This document shows, piece by piece, positions 19,000-28,875 of a stretch of 64,000 nt of DNA. Origin of the DNA: Candidatus Chromulinivorax destructor. GTDB taxonomy: Bacteria; Babelota; Babeliae; Babelales; Chromulinivoraceae. The number at the start of each line of letters is the position of its first letter. Position 1 is the first letter of the stretch. The notes beneath the pieces are model-generated. The model did not search any database and was not told the origin of the DNA. It saw only the letters and a program-made list of their open reading frames with translations. The stretch spans positions 477,278-541,277 of the forward strand of contig NZ_CP025544.1 in assembly GCF_003366055.1 (NCBI RefSeq). The letters run 5' to 3'. The translations under genes and the position numbers were made by a program.

Positions 19000-20409
19000 A
19001 TGAAAAATATGAAAATTTTATTTCTACTTTTTATAAGCTATTCACAGATGAAAGCATCAGAAGAATCAGCTGAATTTGTAGTTAATGCAGCAGATAGCAT
19101 ACAAACTTCAAAAGCTTTACAAAAAATTGCCGATGCACAACCAAAAAAATCTACTACCTATGGAAGTTCATTTGTAGCTTTCTTTAATCCAAACTCATGG
19201 TCAAAGCAAGCTGATCAAAATAATCCAGCGGTACAATATCTAAATAAAATAGAAGCCGCAATTCAAGATTACTATGACAATAGTAAATGGTTTAATAAAT
19301 CAACAGGAAATACTAAAAAACAAAATGATGCAAAAACTGAAATAGAAAGCCTTGTAGCTGAATATCGTAGAAAGCTTAATGGAAAAGATGAAGATTTTGT
19401 AGCATACAAAGCAACATTTGAAGATCTTATACAAAATGCTCAAGATCAATTTAGTCATCTTCAACTAAAAGAAGAAAATGAACCACTATTTAAAGATTTC
19501 TCAGATTTGCTTCGTCAATTAAATCCATTTAGCAGCAAGCAAGAATCAACTGAATTGAATAATCCAGCATCAAAGCTGATGGACGAGATGGAAGAAGCGC
19601 TTTCAATGTATTATAAAAATACAACCCATCCAATCCAATATTTGTACCAAGCAAAAGACGTGACTGAAGCAAAAAATAAAAACAAAGCAGAAGCTCTAGC
19701 TAAATTTAAACAATTAGCAGAACAATACCAAGCACATAAAGATGATAAAGATTTTGCTCCAAGACATGATGAATTTAAAGAATTATTTGCTCGAGCTGAA
19801 GATGAATTTAGCAATGAAAATAGTTCTAGTAAAAAGCAAAATTCACCAGAACCAGATTCAATGTACTCTCAACTATCTAAATATATGAATAGTTTTTTTG
19901 CTCCTCATGAAAAAAAAGAAGAAGAAAAATCTTTTGGGCCTTCAAATGAAGATGAATCAAAAGCTCAGGATGCTCAAGCATTATTAACAAAAATGGAACA
20001 AAATATTAAAGATCTCCAAGATAAAAAGCCTCAACTTGATAACCCTAAAAATGGGTTCAATCAATTTAAAAAAGAAAAAATGACCAATGAAGTTTTAAGT
20101 ATTAAAGAAGAACTTATTGCAAATGTGCAACAATACATAAAGAATAATGGTTTATTATTGGAATCTCAAAAAAACCTATTGGGTGGCTATAAAATAGAGC
20201 AAATTATTACAAGCAAAGATAAAAACAAAGTAATTGCTAATGATAGTCAACTACGGACAGTATTAAATAATGCTTATAAATTATTTGGTGATGATATAAA
20301 GATAAAATTACCTTTAACAAAAATTGATGGCTCCCAATCAAGCTTTGAAGGTACTTTCGATGCAATATCAGAAAGAGTAAAAGAAGACACTCAAGAAGAA
20401 ACAAACTAA
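19000..20409 (+). CDS. secreted K/E-rich predicted coiled-coil protein (469 aa), unknown function
   Basis: SD aaaaaaggaa; signal peptide MKNMKILFLLFISYSQMKA; low-complexity charged helical sequence. Confidence 0.5.
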   Translation: MKNMKILFLLFISYSQMKASEESAEFVVNAADSIQTSKALQKIADAQPKKSTTYGSSFVAFFNPNSWSKQADQNNPAVQYLNKIEAAIQDYYDNSKWFNKSTGNTKKQNDAKTEIESLVAEYRRKLNGKDEDFVAYKATFEDLIQNAQDQFSHLQLKEENEPLFKDFSDLLRQLNPFSSKQESTELNNPASKLMDEMEEALSMYYKNTTHPIQYLYQAKDVTEAKNKNKAEALAKFKQLAEQYQAHKDDKDFAPRHDEFKELFARAEDEFSNENSSSKKQNSPEPDSMYSQLSKYMNSFFAPHEKKEEEKSFGPSNEDESKAQDAQALLTKMEQNIKDLQDKKPQLDNPKNGFNQFKKEKMTNEVLSIKEELIANVQQYIKNNGLLLESQKNLLGGYKIEQIITSKDKNKVIANDSQLRTVLNNAYKLFGDDIKIKLPLTKIDGSQSSFEGTFDAISERVKEDTQEETN

Positions 20410-20618
20410 ACATTAATCTTTTTCTAAAAAATAAGCCGCTATATTTTCATAGCGGCTTATTTTTATTTATTCTCGATACAACTGATCAGATCTTATCTCT
20501 CATAAAATAGAGCTTTTTTATCCATACTTTTTTGATAAATATACCTTTTTGTTTTCTATGTTTCACATTATAATATTTACAATATTACTATTCGTTTCAA
20601 ACCAAAAAGGATTCCTCT

Positions 20619-21176
20619 GTGAAAACTATCAAAAATCTTCTTATGATTGCGTGTTTAGCATCTGTGCACATGTCATACACAGCACAAGATTCTAACAACG
20701 ATTACGGTATTATCTTAACCGACAAAGAAACTCAATTAATCAAAACAAATAGAGTTCTTGAAAAATTAAGCTCAATTTTAAAGTCTGTAGAAAAAGCTAA
20801 AGATTGGTCAGCTCGTAACGAAGCGACAACTCCAAGTAAATCACAAGCTATCCAAATCGCAGCTCCGTTATTTGTTCAAGCTTTAGAAGAAATCATTGCT
20901 CAATACGCTACATGTTACGATGCTACTGTAACTGCAGCTTTTGGTTTATCAACTATGCAAGAATTTCATATCGTAGATAACAAAGCTTCAGATATAAAAA
21001 TTATCAGCAATGCTCAATTCATGAACTTGTTAGAAAAAGCTATTAAGTTTTTTGAAAAAGAAACAGTTTCAGCACCTTTTGTAGAGTATTCAGCTAAGTT
21101 TTTAGTGGAAGTATCTCCATCAAAAAAACTTACTTTACATGAAGTTAAAGATGCTATTGTAAGAGCAATTGCGTAA
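20619..21176 (+). CDS. secreted protein (185 aa), unknown function
   Basis: signal peptide; followed by a strong terminator at 21203-21240 (ggcgtacaac-ttgaat-gttgtacgcc-T9). Confidence 0.5.
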   Translation: MKTIKNLLMIACLASVHMSYTAQDSNNDYGIILTDKETQLIKTNRVLEKLSSILKSVEKAKDWSARNEATTPSKSQAIQIAAPLFVQALEEIIAQYATCYDATVTAAFGLSTMQEFHIVDNKASDIKIISNAQFMNLLEKAIKFFEKETVSAPFVEYSAKFLVEVSPSKKLTLHEVKDAIVRAIA

Positions 21177-21244
21177 TTTCTAACATAAATTTTATGTTTT
21201 TAGGGGCGTACAACTTGAATGTTGTACGCCGCTTTTTTTATAAT

Positions 21245-21425
21245 GCTAGCTAAACTGGGTAAACCAAATTTTAAAATTAAAATAAAAGCCTTCGATATCG
21301 CTGCGCTCATCTCCGGAAACAGTGGTGGCGGCGGCCACTATACGCTTTTTTAATTCAAAAAAAGAGTGCATCAGGCCCATGGGCATCCAGATCTCCAAAG
21401 TTTTTATAAAAAACATAGGGTTATG
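21245..21425 (-). repeat. structured intergenic repeat, copy D (inverted orientation)
   Basis: its reverse complement reads ccctatgttttttataaaaac...gggcctgatgcactc...aaaaaagcgtatagtggccgccgccaccactgtttccggagatgagcgcagcgatatcgaagg, matching copy C. Confidence 0.65.
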
Positions 21426-21448
21426 AAAAAGACCTGATCTACTATTTT

Positions 21449-23419
21449 TTATAATTTAGATTTAAGTAATTGCCACTGCTGACGCAAGGCAATTGCCGTT
21501 TCAAAATCTAATTTTTGAGCTGCTTGCTGCATTGCAATTTCAAGCTCAACAATCTGATACTGCATTTCTTGTGCCGTTAACTTAATCTCTTTTTTAGCCT
21601 GTTTTTGTAAATACTTTGATGACTTAGCAATATCTGCAGATAATGACGAAATCGAAGTTGTTACATCACGAATAACTGTTGTCGGTATAATTCCATGTTC
21701 TTGGTTATATGTATCTTGAATTTCGCGTCGACGCGCTGTCTCTTTGATTGCAAAATCCATCGATGGCGTAACTTTATCTGCGTATAGGCGAACAATACTT
21801 TCGGTGTTTCGCGCTGCTCGACCTATAATCTGAATCAATGATCGACGATCTCGCAAGAAGCCTTCTATGTCAGCATCCATAACAGCAACAAAAGCTACTT
21901 CTGGTAAATCTAAACCTTCCCGTAATAAATTAACACCCACAAGGCAGTCAAAAATGCCAAGTCGAAGTTTTTGTAGCAAATCAGTTCTCTGCGGAGTTTT
22001 TAAATCACAATGCAAATAACAAACTTTAATCTGCTTTTCTTCAAGAAAAAATGCTAACTCTTCAGCCATTTTTTTGGTTAACACCGTAACAAGTGTTCGA
22101 AAACCTTTGGCGCTTGTTGCATTAATTTGCTCAACCAAGTTTTGTATCTGATTGGTTCGTGAATGCAAATCTATAATTGGATCAAGCAAACCAGTTGGAC
22201 GAATAATTTGTTCAACAATTTGAGCACTATGCTCAGCTTCATATTTACCAGGGGTTGCAGAAACATAGATAACATTTTTTAAAAAACGTTCAGATTCTTC
22301 AAACTTTAAAGGCCTATTATCATACGCCGATGGTAAACGAAAGCCAAAATCAATTAATGATTTTTTACGAGCTTTATCACCCTTGTACATTGCGCCCATT
22401 TGGGGTATAGCAATATGAGATTCATCAATAACTAATAAAAATCCATCTTCATTAAAGAAATCAAATAAACAGTACGGTGCTTGACCAGATACTCGACCAT
22501 CAAAATGGGTTGAATAATTTTCAATACCCGGACATGTACCTGTCTGCTCAAGCATCTCGATATCATAAGCAACACGCTGCTGTATGCGGTCGGCATACTG
22601 TTGATTTTCTAAGGTTGCAACATACTCTTGTAATTCTTGTTTGATTGACGTAATTGCTGTTCGTTTTTTAGCTTCTGTGGTAACAAAGTTTTTTGCAGGA
22701 AAAATAACTTCTTGGTCGACAAGATTCAAAACATTATTATTAATTTTATCAATCCAAGAAATAGATTCTATTTCATCACCAAAAAGCTCAATTCGTAACT
22801 TTTTTTTCTTTTGATACGGAACATGAATCTCGATGCTATTGCCATACACCTGAAATGTCCCACTTCGTTTATCAACTTCGTTCCGAGTGTAAAGGATTGA
22901 TAACAATTTATTGATAAGCTCTTTGCGACCTATTTTAACACCCACCGATAAAGATATTGCCATTTCTTTAAAATCTTGAGGATTACCTAAAGAATAAATA
23001 CAAGAAATTGATGCAATAATAATAACATCTTTTCTTTGCATAATACTTGCTGCAGCTTCAACACGAAGACGTTCTATCTCGTCATTAATTTTTGTTTCTT
23101 TAGCTATATAAATGTCTTGCGCAGGGAGATATGACTCTGGTTGATAATAATCATAATAACTGACAAAATAACAAACTTTATTTTCTGGAAAAAACAGAGA
23201 AAATTCTTCATACAATTGCCCTGCAAGCGTTTTATTTGGTGATAAAACAATCACAGGTTTATCTTGCGCGGCAATCACGTTTGCAATGGTAAAAGTTTTA
23301 CCTGACCCGGTTACTCCAAGTAATGTTGATGGTTTACCAAGTCCTTGTTGTAATTTTTCAATAGCTGCTGGTTGATCGCCTGATGGTTGAAATGGAAGAT
23401 GCAATTTAAAAACACTCAT
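21449..23419 (-). CDS. uvrB: excinuclease ABC subunit B
   Basis: Walker A GVTGSGKTFTIANVI; helicase motifs; C-terminal UvrB/UvrC interaction helix (AIALRQQWQLL). Confidence 0.9.
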   Translation of the reverse strand: MSVFKLHLPFQPSGDQPAAIEKLQQGLGKPSTLLGVTGSGKTFTIANVIAAQDKPVIVLSPNKTLAGQLYEEFSLFFPENKVCYFVSYYDYYQPESYLPAQDIYIAKETKINDEIERLRVEAAASIMQRKDVIIIASISCIYSLGNPQDFKEMAISLSVGVKIGRKELINKLLSILYTRNEVDKRSGTFQVYGNSIEIHVPYQKKKKLRIELFGDEIESISWIDKINNNVLNLVDQEVIFPAKNFVTTEAKKRTAITSIKQELQEYVATLENQQYADRIQQRVAYDIEMLEQTGTCPGIENYSTHFDGRVSGQAPYCLFDFFNEDGFLLVIDESHIAIPQMGAMYKGDKARKKSLIDFGFRLPSAYDNRPLKFEESERFLKNVIYVSATPGKYEAEHSAQIVEQIIRPTGLLDPIIDLHSRTNQIQNLVEQINATSAKGFRTLVTVLTKKMAEELAFFLEEKQIKVCYLHCDLKTPQRTDLLQKLRLGIFDCLVGVNLLREGLDLPEVAFVAVMDADIEGFLRDRRSLIQIIGRAARNTESIVRLYADKVTPSMDFAIKETARRREIQDTYNQEHGIIPTTVIRDVTTSISSLSADIAKSSKYLQKQAKKEIKLTAQEMQYQIVELEIAMQQAAQKLDFETAIALRQQWQLLKSKL

Positions 23420-23579
23420 ACAAAAATCCTATTTTAAATTTCGCTTTATACATGCTGTAACTAGATGTCATCATATTTTTTCACATCATAGCTTATATCA
23501 ATTTTTATAGAGCAAAGTTATGAAAATCCAATGTAAAAGCTTCCTACAAAACTTTAATTATATACCTTTATAAAATTTA

Positions 23580-24056
23580 TCATGAAGTTTTCTTCTCAAA
23601 TAAAATGTGTATAGATCTATGAACACCAGCTAAGATTCTTTGTAATTTCTCGCGCTCTTTTTTTTCTTCTTCTGGATTAAACATTCCATACATACGTAGA
23701 TCAGCTGTGGTATACTTTTTACGATAAGTCAAAATTGGCTTATAAAAATTCAAATCCCAATCATCAGAAGAATTACGCTGCATTTTTTCAGGAACAAGAA
23801 CATCTCTATACGAATAAATAGCTACACCTGTCCAATCAACAACTTTAAAATCTAAAGGGTCTTGTGAATAAGAATCAGTTGTATGATCCGCGCATGAATC
23901 ATTAGTTGCAATGCTTCTGACGGTATAACCAGCATCTAAATTTGATACTTTTTTATGAAGAGCTACAACAGGAACTTTAACATGTATTTTATTTTCATGC
24001 ATGCTAACGACATACATATGCAAAAATACAAGGCTACAAAAAATTATTTTTTTCAT
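23580..24056 (-). CDS. secreted protein (158 aa), unknown
   Basis: signal peptide MKKIIFCSLVFLHMYVVSM. Confidence 0.45.
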   Translation of the reverse strand: MKKIIFCSLVFLHMYVVSMHENKIHVKVPVVALHKKVSNLDAGYTVRSIATNDSCADHTTDSYSQDPLDFKVVDWTGVAIYSYRDVLVPEKMQRNSSDDWDLNFYKPILTYRKKYTTADLRMYGMFNPEEEKKEREKLQRILAGVHRSIHILFEKKTS

Positions 24057-24172
24057 TTTCCATCCTTACCTAAAAGTTATTAATTCCTTACCAGAAATAA
24101 TAACGATTATTCTTTTACTATATTTCATATCGTTATCACTTTGCTTTTTATCTGATAACATAGGTAACTATT

Positions 24173-25231
24173 TTATTTTTTACGACGTCTTTGACGACGA
24201 GTTTTTTGAGTAGGCTTAGAATCTTTAACTGACTGATCCCATCGCACAGACTTACTGGAATTGCTATGCGCTGAAATATCAGAATTATTTCGACATTCTA
24301 TTGCTCTTGCCAATCTTTGAACAAGTTTCTTTTTTTCATATTCTAAATTTTTATCTATAGCAATTAACTCATTATTTAATTTTGCAATAGTACTGGAATA
24401 GCGATATTCAGATGACAAAAATATAAGCTTATCTACAACATCTAAACTCATACCTTCATGAAAAGTAAATTTATTAACAAAAGAAGGAATAACTGAAGAA
24501 CATAAAGCACTTGCTGGTACACTTTCTTTTGATCTATCAGATAGATCTATTTCTTGATGTACCATCAAACCTTCATCAATAAAATAATTTTGCAAATCAG
24601 CCAATAATTTTGAAGTCATATCATTGTTATCAGAATCATCTTCAAATGCATCTGATTGATCATCAAGCTTAAAAGGTGGTAGGAGTTGATTACATTCTGG
24701 ATATAATGTATTACGATTTCTTCTATCAGTTCTATCTTGCAGCAACTTCCAATACAACTGACCTGCTTGTTGATTATTTTTATTAAATGGATTGAGATAT
24801 AAAAGAATATTTTTTTTACGCAGTATATATTTTTGACGATCTTCATCTAATGCTTTTTGTAATTTGCCATTTTTACAATCTAAAAGTTTTTCTTGTTGCA
24901 ATATCATTGCTACTGATGCATAGGCAAATTCTTCTTTATTTCCCACCGCATGATGTAATGCGCTCACGGCAGATACTTGTTTACCAGAAGTTACAACTTC
25001 AACTAAATATTCTAAATCTTGTGTAGAAAATCGATCATACAAAAGCTCTTGAAATAGTTTTCCAGTTTTATCAAAATTTTTGGCCGTACAAGCATGCTGC
25101 TGTAAGTTTTCAATAAGATTTTCTGGAGGACAAACTGCAAACGTATAATCTAAGAGTAAAGGCCGTTGCAATTCCATTGAACACATCAAAGCAGGCGAAC
25201 AAATCAAAATATAAAATAGTATTTTTTTCAT
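24173..25231 (-). CDS. secreted protein (352 aa) with C-terminal arginine-rich tail KTRRQRRRKK
   Basis: signal peptide MKKILFYILICSPALMCSM; acidic central region; basic Tat-like tail. Confidence 0.5.
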   Translation of the reverse strand: MKKILFYILICSPALMCSMELQRPLLLDYTFAVCPPENLIENLQQHACTAKNFDKTGKLFQELLYDRFSTQDLEYLVEVVTSGKQVSAVSALHHAVGNKEEFAYASVAMILQQEKLLDCKNGKLQKALDEDRQKYILRKKNILLYLNPFNKNNQQAGQLYWKLLQDRTDRRNRNTLYPECNQLLPPFKLDDQSDAFEDDSDNNDMTSKLLADLQNYFIDEGLMVHQEIDLSDRSKESVPASALCSSVIPSFVNKFTFHEGMSLDVVDKLIFLSSEYRYSSTIAKLNNELIAIDKNLEYEKKKLVQRLARAIECRNNSDISAHSNSSKSVRWDQSVKDSKPTQKTRRQRRRKK

Positions 25232-25243
25232 ATAACAATAACT

Positions 25244-25747
25244 TTATTTACGATAACCACTGTAACTATTATATGATGCATGATTTTTATATACATCTTG
25301 TTGCATAATATCAAGTTGGTTATGAGATTTTTTAGTAGATTTATGATTATCATCAAGTATGATTTCGTGATAATTTTTACGCTTGCAACTATACGCCGAT
25401 GTTACCATAACTGCTTCTCTGTTACTTGTAACATGCATAGTATCTTTATGTTCAGTATCTTTTTTAAAACTTGGAACAGTCAATTTTTTTCTGTCTGCTA
25501 TTTCTTCTAATGTTATTCCCAAACCTGAAGAGCCACGTAAACTTAACTGCGATGAACTTGTTTGCTTGCTACCTAATAACTCAAAAGACATGCTTTCATC
25601 AAAATACAATCCAAGCTCATGAGCTGATGAATCAGAATCATAATTCACATTTTCAAAAGATACCGATGATAGCTCTGCTGCAAAGCTTATGTTTGATGAA
25701 AAAATAACTATCAACAAAAGAATCATTTTACAAACCACCATATGCAC
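25244..25747 (-). CDS. secreted protein (167 aa), unknown
   Basis: signal peptide; first gene of a 3-gene same-strand run ending at uvrB. Confidence 0.45.
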   Translation of the reverse strand: MHMVVCKMILLLIVIFSSNISFAAELSSVSFENVNYDSDSSAHELGLYFDESMSFELLGSKQTSSSQLSLRGSSGLGITLEEIADRKKLTVPSFKKDTEHKDTMHVTSNREAVMVTSAYSCKRKNYHEIILDDNHKSTKKSHNQLDIMQQDVYKNHASYNSYSGYRK

Positions 25748-25877
25748 AACCTTATAATAATCTATTTGAAATATTGAGAAAACATGAGACTGCTTGCAAC
25801 AAATTTAAAATAAGCATACTAATCTAGAATACAGCTCTGCTTATGTTTAAAAACAGCGCAGCGGCTATTCTAAAAAT

Positions 25878-26098
25878 TTACCCTACGTTTTCTACAAAAA
25901 CTCAGGGAATTTGCTGGCCGGTGGGCCTCATGCACTATTTATTTACATAAAAAAAGCGTAACGTGGCCGCCGCCACCACTGTTTCCGGAGATGAGCGAAG
26001 CGATATCGTAGGTTTTTGTGCACATGTAAATTTGGTTTACATAGCATAGGGTAACCTGCTTGCAAACCCCAAGACTTTTTATAAAAAACGCAGGACTA
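25878..26098 (+). repeat. structured intergenic repeat, copy C, with ~20-bp imperfect terminal inverted repeats
   Basis: 5' end ccctacgttttctacaaaaac vs 3' end gtttttataaaaaacgcagg (reverse complement cctgcgttttttataaaaac); GC-rich core gtggccgccgccaccactgtttccggagatgagcgaagcgatatcg. Confidence 0.7.
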
Positions 26099-26216
26099 AG
26101 TTTCATAATACAAATTTAGTTTACATAGTCAAAATAAGCGATTTTTTAATAATGCGATATATATAATTATAACAGAATAAGAACAAATAGAAAATGACAC
26201 ACAGATAATTTGCACA

Positions 26217-26253
26217 TCAAAAAGCGCCTAGAAAAGTTAATTCCTAGGCGCTT
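26217..26253 (-). terminator. leuS terminator agcgcctag-N12-ctaggcgct + T-run on minus strand
   Basis: 9-bp stem immediately 3' of leuS stop. Confidence 0.55.
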
Positions 26254-26276
26254 ATACATGACATGTGCTATAAATT

Positions 26277-28724
26277 TTATCTTACAACAAAACTAATCAT
26301 TTTATGCTGTATATAAATAATTTTAACAATTTCTTTATCTTCAAACCACTTAGCTTGCTGATCGCGTGCAGCTTGCTCAATATCAACCTGATTCATCTGT
26401 AAGTCAACATGCAAAGTGCCTCGCATTTTGCCATTAATCTGGATCGCTATAGTAGCATTTTCAACTTCAATAAGACTTTCATCCGCGACAGGCCACACAC
26501 AATTTTCAAGCTTTACCTGCAATAATGATTCTAATAATTCAGAACCCATGTGCGGTGCAACTGTGGAAAACAGTACTAAAATCTGTTCCATGGAAGATCG
26601 ACTCAAACGCATATTTTGCTTAGTTGCATCATTCAACCATTCCATGAATGCTGCAATCATCGTATTTGGCTTAAATAAATCTAAACGATTCTGTACCGTT
26701 TTAATTAACTGATGTAAACGCTTAGTAACATCTTTATCTTCTAATGTAGCATTATCAAGCATTGTTGTAGGATTTGTCAGGTACGTATACAATCTGTGCA
26801 CAAATCTATTAATACCTTCAATACCAGCATCTTGCCACTCACAATCTAATTCAGGTGGTCCCATAAATAAAATGTACATACGCAAGACATCTGATCCGTA
26901 CTTTGCAATAATATCATCTGGATTAACAACATTACCTTTTGATTTTGACATTTTTTCTACTGCGCCAGAAATCTCTGATCGCTTACACACCATCCCTTGA
27001 TTAAACAAATTGGTGAATGGTTCATCAAAATTAATAAACCCTGCTTGATGTAAAAACTTAACATAAAAGCGTGCATACAATAAATGCAAGATCGCATGCT
27101 CAACACCACCAACATACAAGTCAACCGGCATCCAATAGGCCATGTCTTTATCATCAAAGGGTTTATCAGATACGTTTGGATTTGGATATCGTAAGAAATA
27201 CCAACATGACCCTGCCCATTGAGGCATCGTATTTGTTTCACGCTTTGCAGGACCATGACACGTTGGGCATGTCGTGTTTACAAATGAATCAATACCAGCT
27301 AATGGAGACTCCCCTGTACCAGTTGGTTCGTACGATTCAACATCAGGCAGAAGTACCGGCAACTGATCTTGCGGAACTGCAACCACGCCACATGAACCAC
27401 AATGAATCAATGGAATTGGCTCACCCCAATAACGTTGACGAGAGAAAACCCAATCACGTAAACGGTAGGTAGTTTTTTCTTCTGCTAAACCTTTTTCAAC
27501 AAGATAATCGATCATTGCTTGGCGAGAATCTGCAGCATTTTTGCCTGCAAACTGTGATGGGTGTAACAAAATTCCATGTTTTGCATCGGTAAAACAAACT
27601 TGCTGTGATAATACGTGTTCTTCCAGGTCTGGATTACCAAACGGTACCATGCCAACTTTTAACGGAATGTTATATTTTTTTGCAAATGCAAAATCACGCT
27701 CATCATGAGCTGAACATTTTACAATGCCGGTGCCATAATTTGCAAGAGCAAAACTTGCAATCCAAATTGGTAAATCACCATTTCCAAGTGGATCGACCGT
27801 ATAACGGCCAGTAAATATACCTTCAACTTCTTTATCATCTTTTCTATCAGCAGAACGTTTTGCAACCATAGCAGCTGCTTGTTGTAAAATTTCTTCTTTG
27901 TTTGCAAGCCCATCAAGCAATGTTGGTAATAATTGGTGATCTGGAGCAATAACAACAAATGTGTCGGCATAACAAGCTTCAAAATGAGCTGAAAAAGTTT
28001 GAATTGTCAGGTTGGTATCTTTAACCGGTGATGTAAAAATTAAACCTTTGCTTTTTCCAATCCAGTTGCGTTGCATTAATTTAACTTTTTCTGGCCAATC
28101 AAGTGTATCAAGGCCGTCAAGAAGCTGTTCTGCATAATCAGTAATTTTTAAAATCCATTGACGAACTTTGCGTTGTTCAACTTTTGTACCACAACGGTCA
28201 CAACCATCATGAACAACTTCTTCATTTGCAAGACCTGTTAAACATGACGGGCACCAGTTAATCGCAGTCATCGCTTCGTACGCAAGACCACGATTAAACA
28301 TTTCTACAAAAATCCATTGCGTCCATTTGTAATAGTCAGGATCAGTGGTATTAACTTCTTTTGACCAATCATACACCGCACCAATTTGTTTTAACTGATC
28401 TTTGAAAATTGCGACATTTTTTGCAGTGTTAATCGCAGGGTGCTTACCTTCTTTGATTGCAGCGTTTTCTGCAGGTAAACCAAAAGCATCCCATCCCATT
28501 GGATGTAAAACATTATAACCTTGTAAGAGTTTGACTCGAGCATACACATCAGATAGAACATATCCTCTCCAGTGCCCTACGTGTAAACCAGATGCTGAAG
28601 GATACGGGAACATATCTAAACAGTAATATTTTTTTCCATTACCTGTGTCTTTAGCTTTTCCATATGGATTTTGCTCCCATATATTTTGCCACTTGTGCTC
28701 AACGGCTTTAAAGTCGTAGCTCAT
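26277..28724 (-). CDS. leuS: leucyl-tRNA synthetase (start at MSYDFKAVEHKWQ; track ORF has a 19-codon upstream extension)
   Basis: HIGH motif as HVGHWRGY, KMSKS motif present (VEKMSKSKGN); length ~815 aa. Confidence 0.9.
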   Translation of the reverse strand: MSYDFKAVEHKWQNIWEQNPYGKAKDTGNGKKYYCLDMFPYPSASGLHVGHWRGYVLSDVYARVKLLQGYNVLHPMGWDAFGLPAENAAIKEGKHPAINTAKNVAIFKDQLKQIGAVYDWSKEVNTTDPDYYKWTQWIFVEMFNRGLAYEAMTAINWCPSCLTGLANEEVVHDGCDRCGTKVEQRKVRQWILKITDYAEQLLDGLDTLDWPEKVKLMQRNWIGKSKGLIFTSPVKDTNLTIQTFSAHFEACYADTFVVIAPDHQLLPTLLDGLANKEEILQQAAAMVAKRSADRKDDKEVEGIFTGRYTVDPLGNGDLPIWIASFALANYGTGIVKCSAHDERDFAFAKKYNIPLKVGMVPFGNPDLEEHVLSQQVCFTDAKHGILLHPSQFAGKNAADSRQAMIDYLVEKGLAEEKTTYRLRDWVFSRQRYWGEPIPLIHCGSCGVVAVPQDQLPVLLPDVESYEPTGTGESPLAGIDSFVNTTCPTCHGPAKRETNTMPQWAGSCWYFLRYPNPNVSDKPFDDKDMAYWMPVDLYVGGVEHAILHLLYARFYVKFLHQAGFINFDEPFTNLFNQGMVCKRSEISGAVEKMSKSKGNVVNPDDIIAKYGSDVLRMYILFMGPPELDCEWQDAGIEGINRFVHRLYTYLTNPTTMLDNATLEDKDVTKRLHQLIKTVQNRLDLFKPNTMIAAFMEWLNDATKQNMRLSRSSMEQILVLFSTVAPHMGSELLESLLQVKLENCVWPVADESLIEVENATIAIQINGKMRGTLHVDLQMNQVDIEQAARDQQAKWFEDKEIVKIIYIQHKMISFVVR

Positions 28725-28875
28725 AATCAACCTCTCATGATAAAAACTAATCTTAGTCATAAAAATATACCATAAGATCACTATTTTACTAAAAATTTAT
28801 ACAGCATAGGTCGTAAAAAAAGGCCTATGACGAGCATAAACCTTTACAATGATTACATAACAAGAACTCTATATA

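Noticed and set aside
21290-21345. Possibility that the GC-rich repeat core encodes a peptide (FDIAALISGNSGGGGHYTL in copy D orientation)
   Set aside because: The reading frame is not conserved between copies (indels between A, B and C), and no start or SD is present. The conserved features are palindromic, which favours RNA or DNA structure over coding.
26277-28781. N-terminal 19-codon extension of leuS (MILWYIFMTKISFYHERLI)
   Set aside because: LeuS homologs begin near MSYDFKAVEHKWQ; the extension is hydrophobic junk with no SD.
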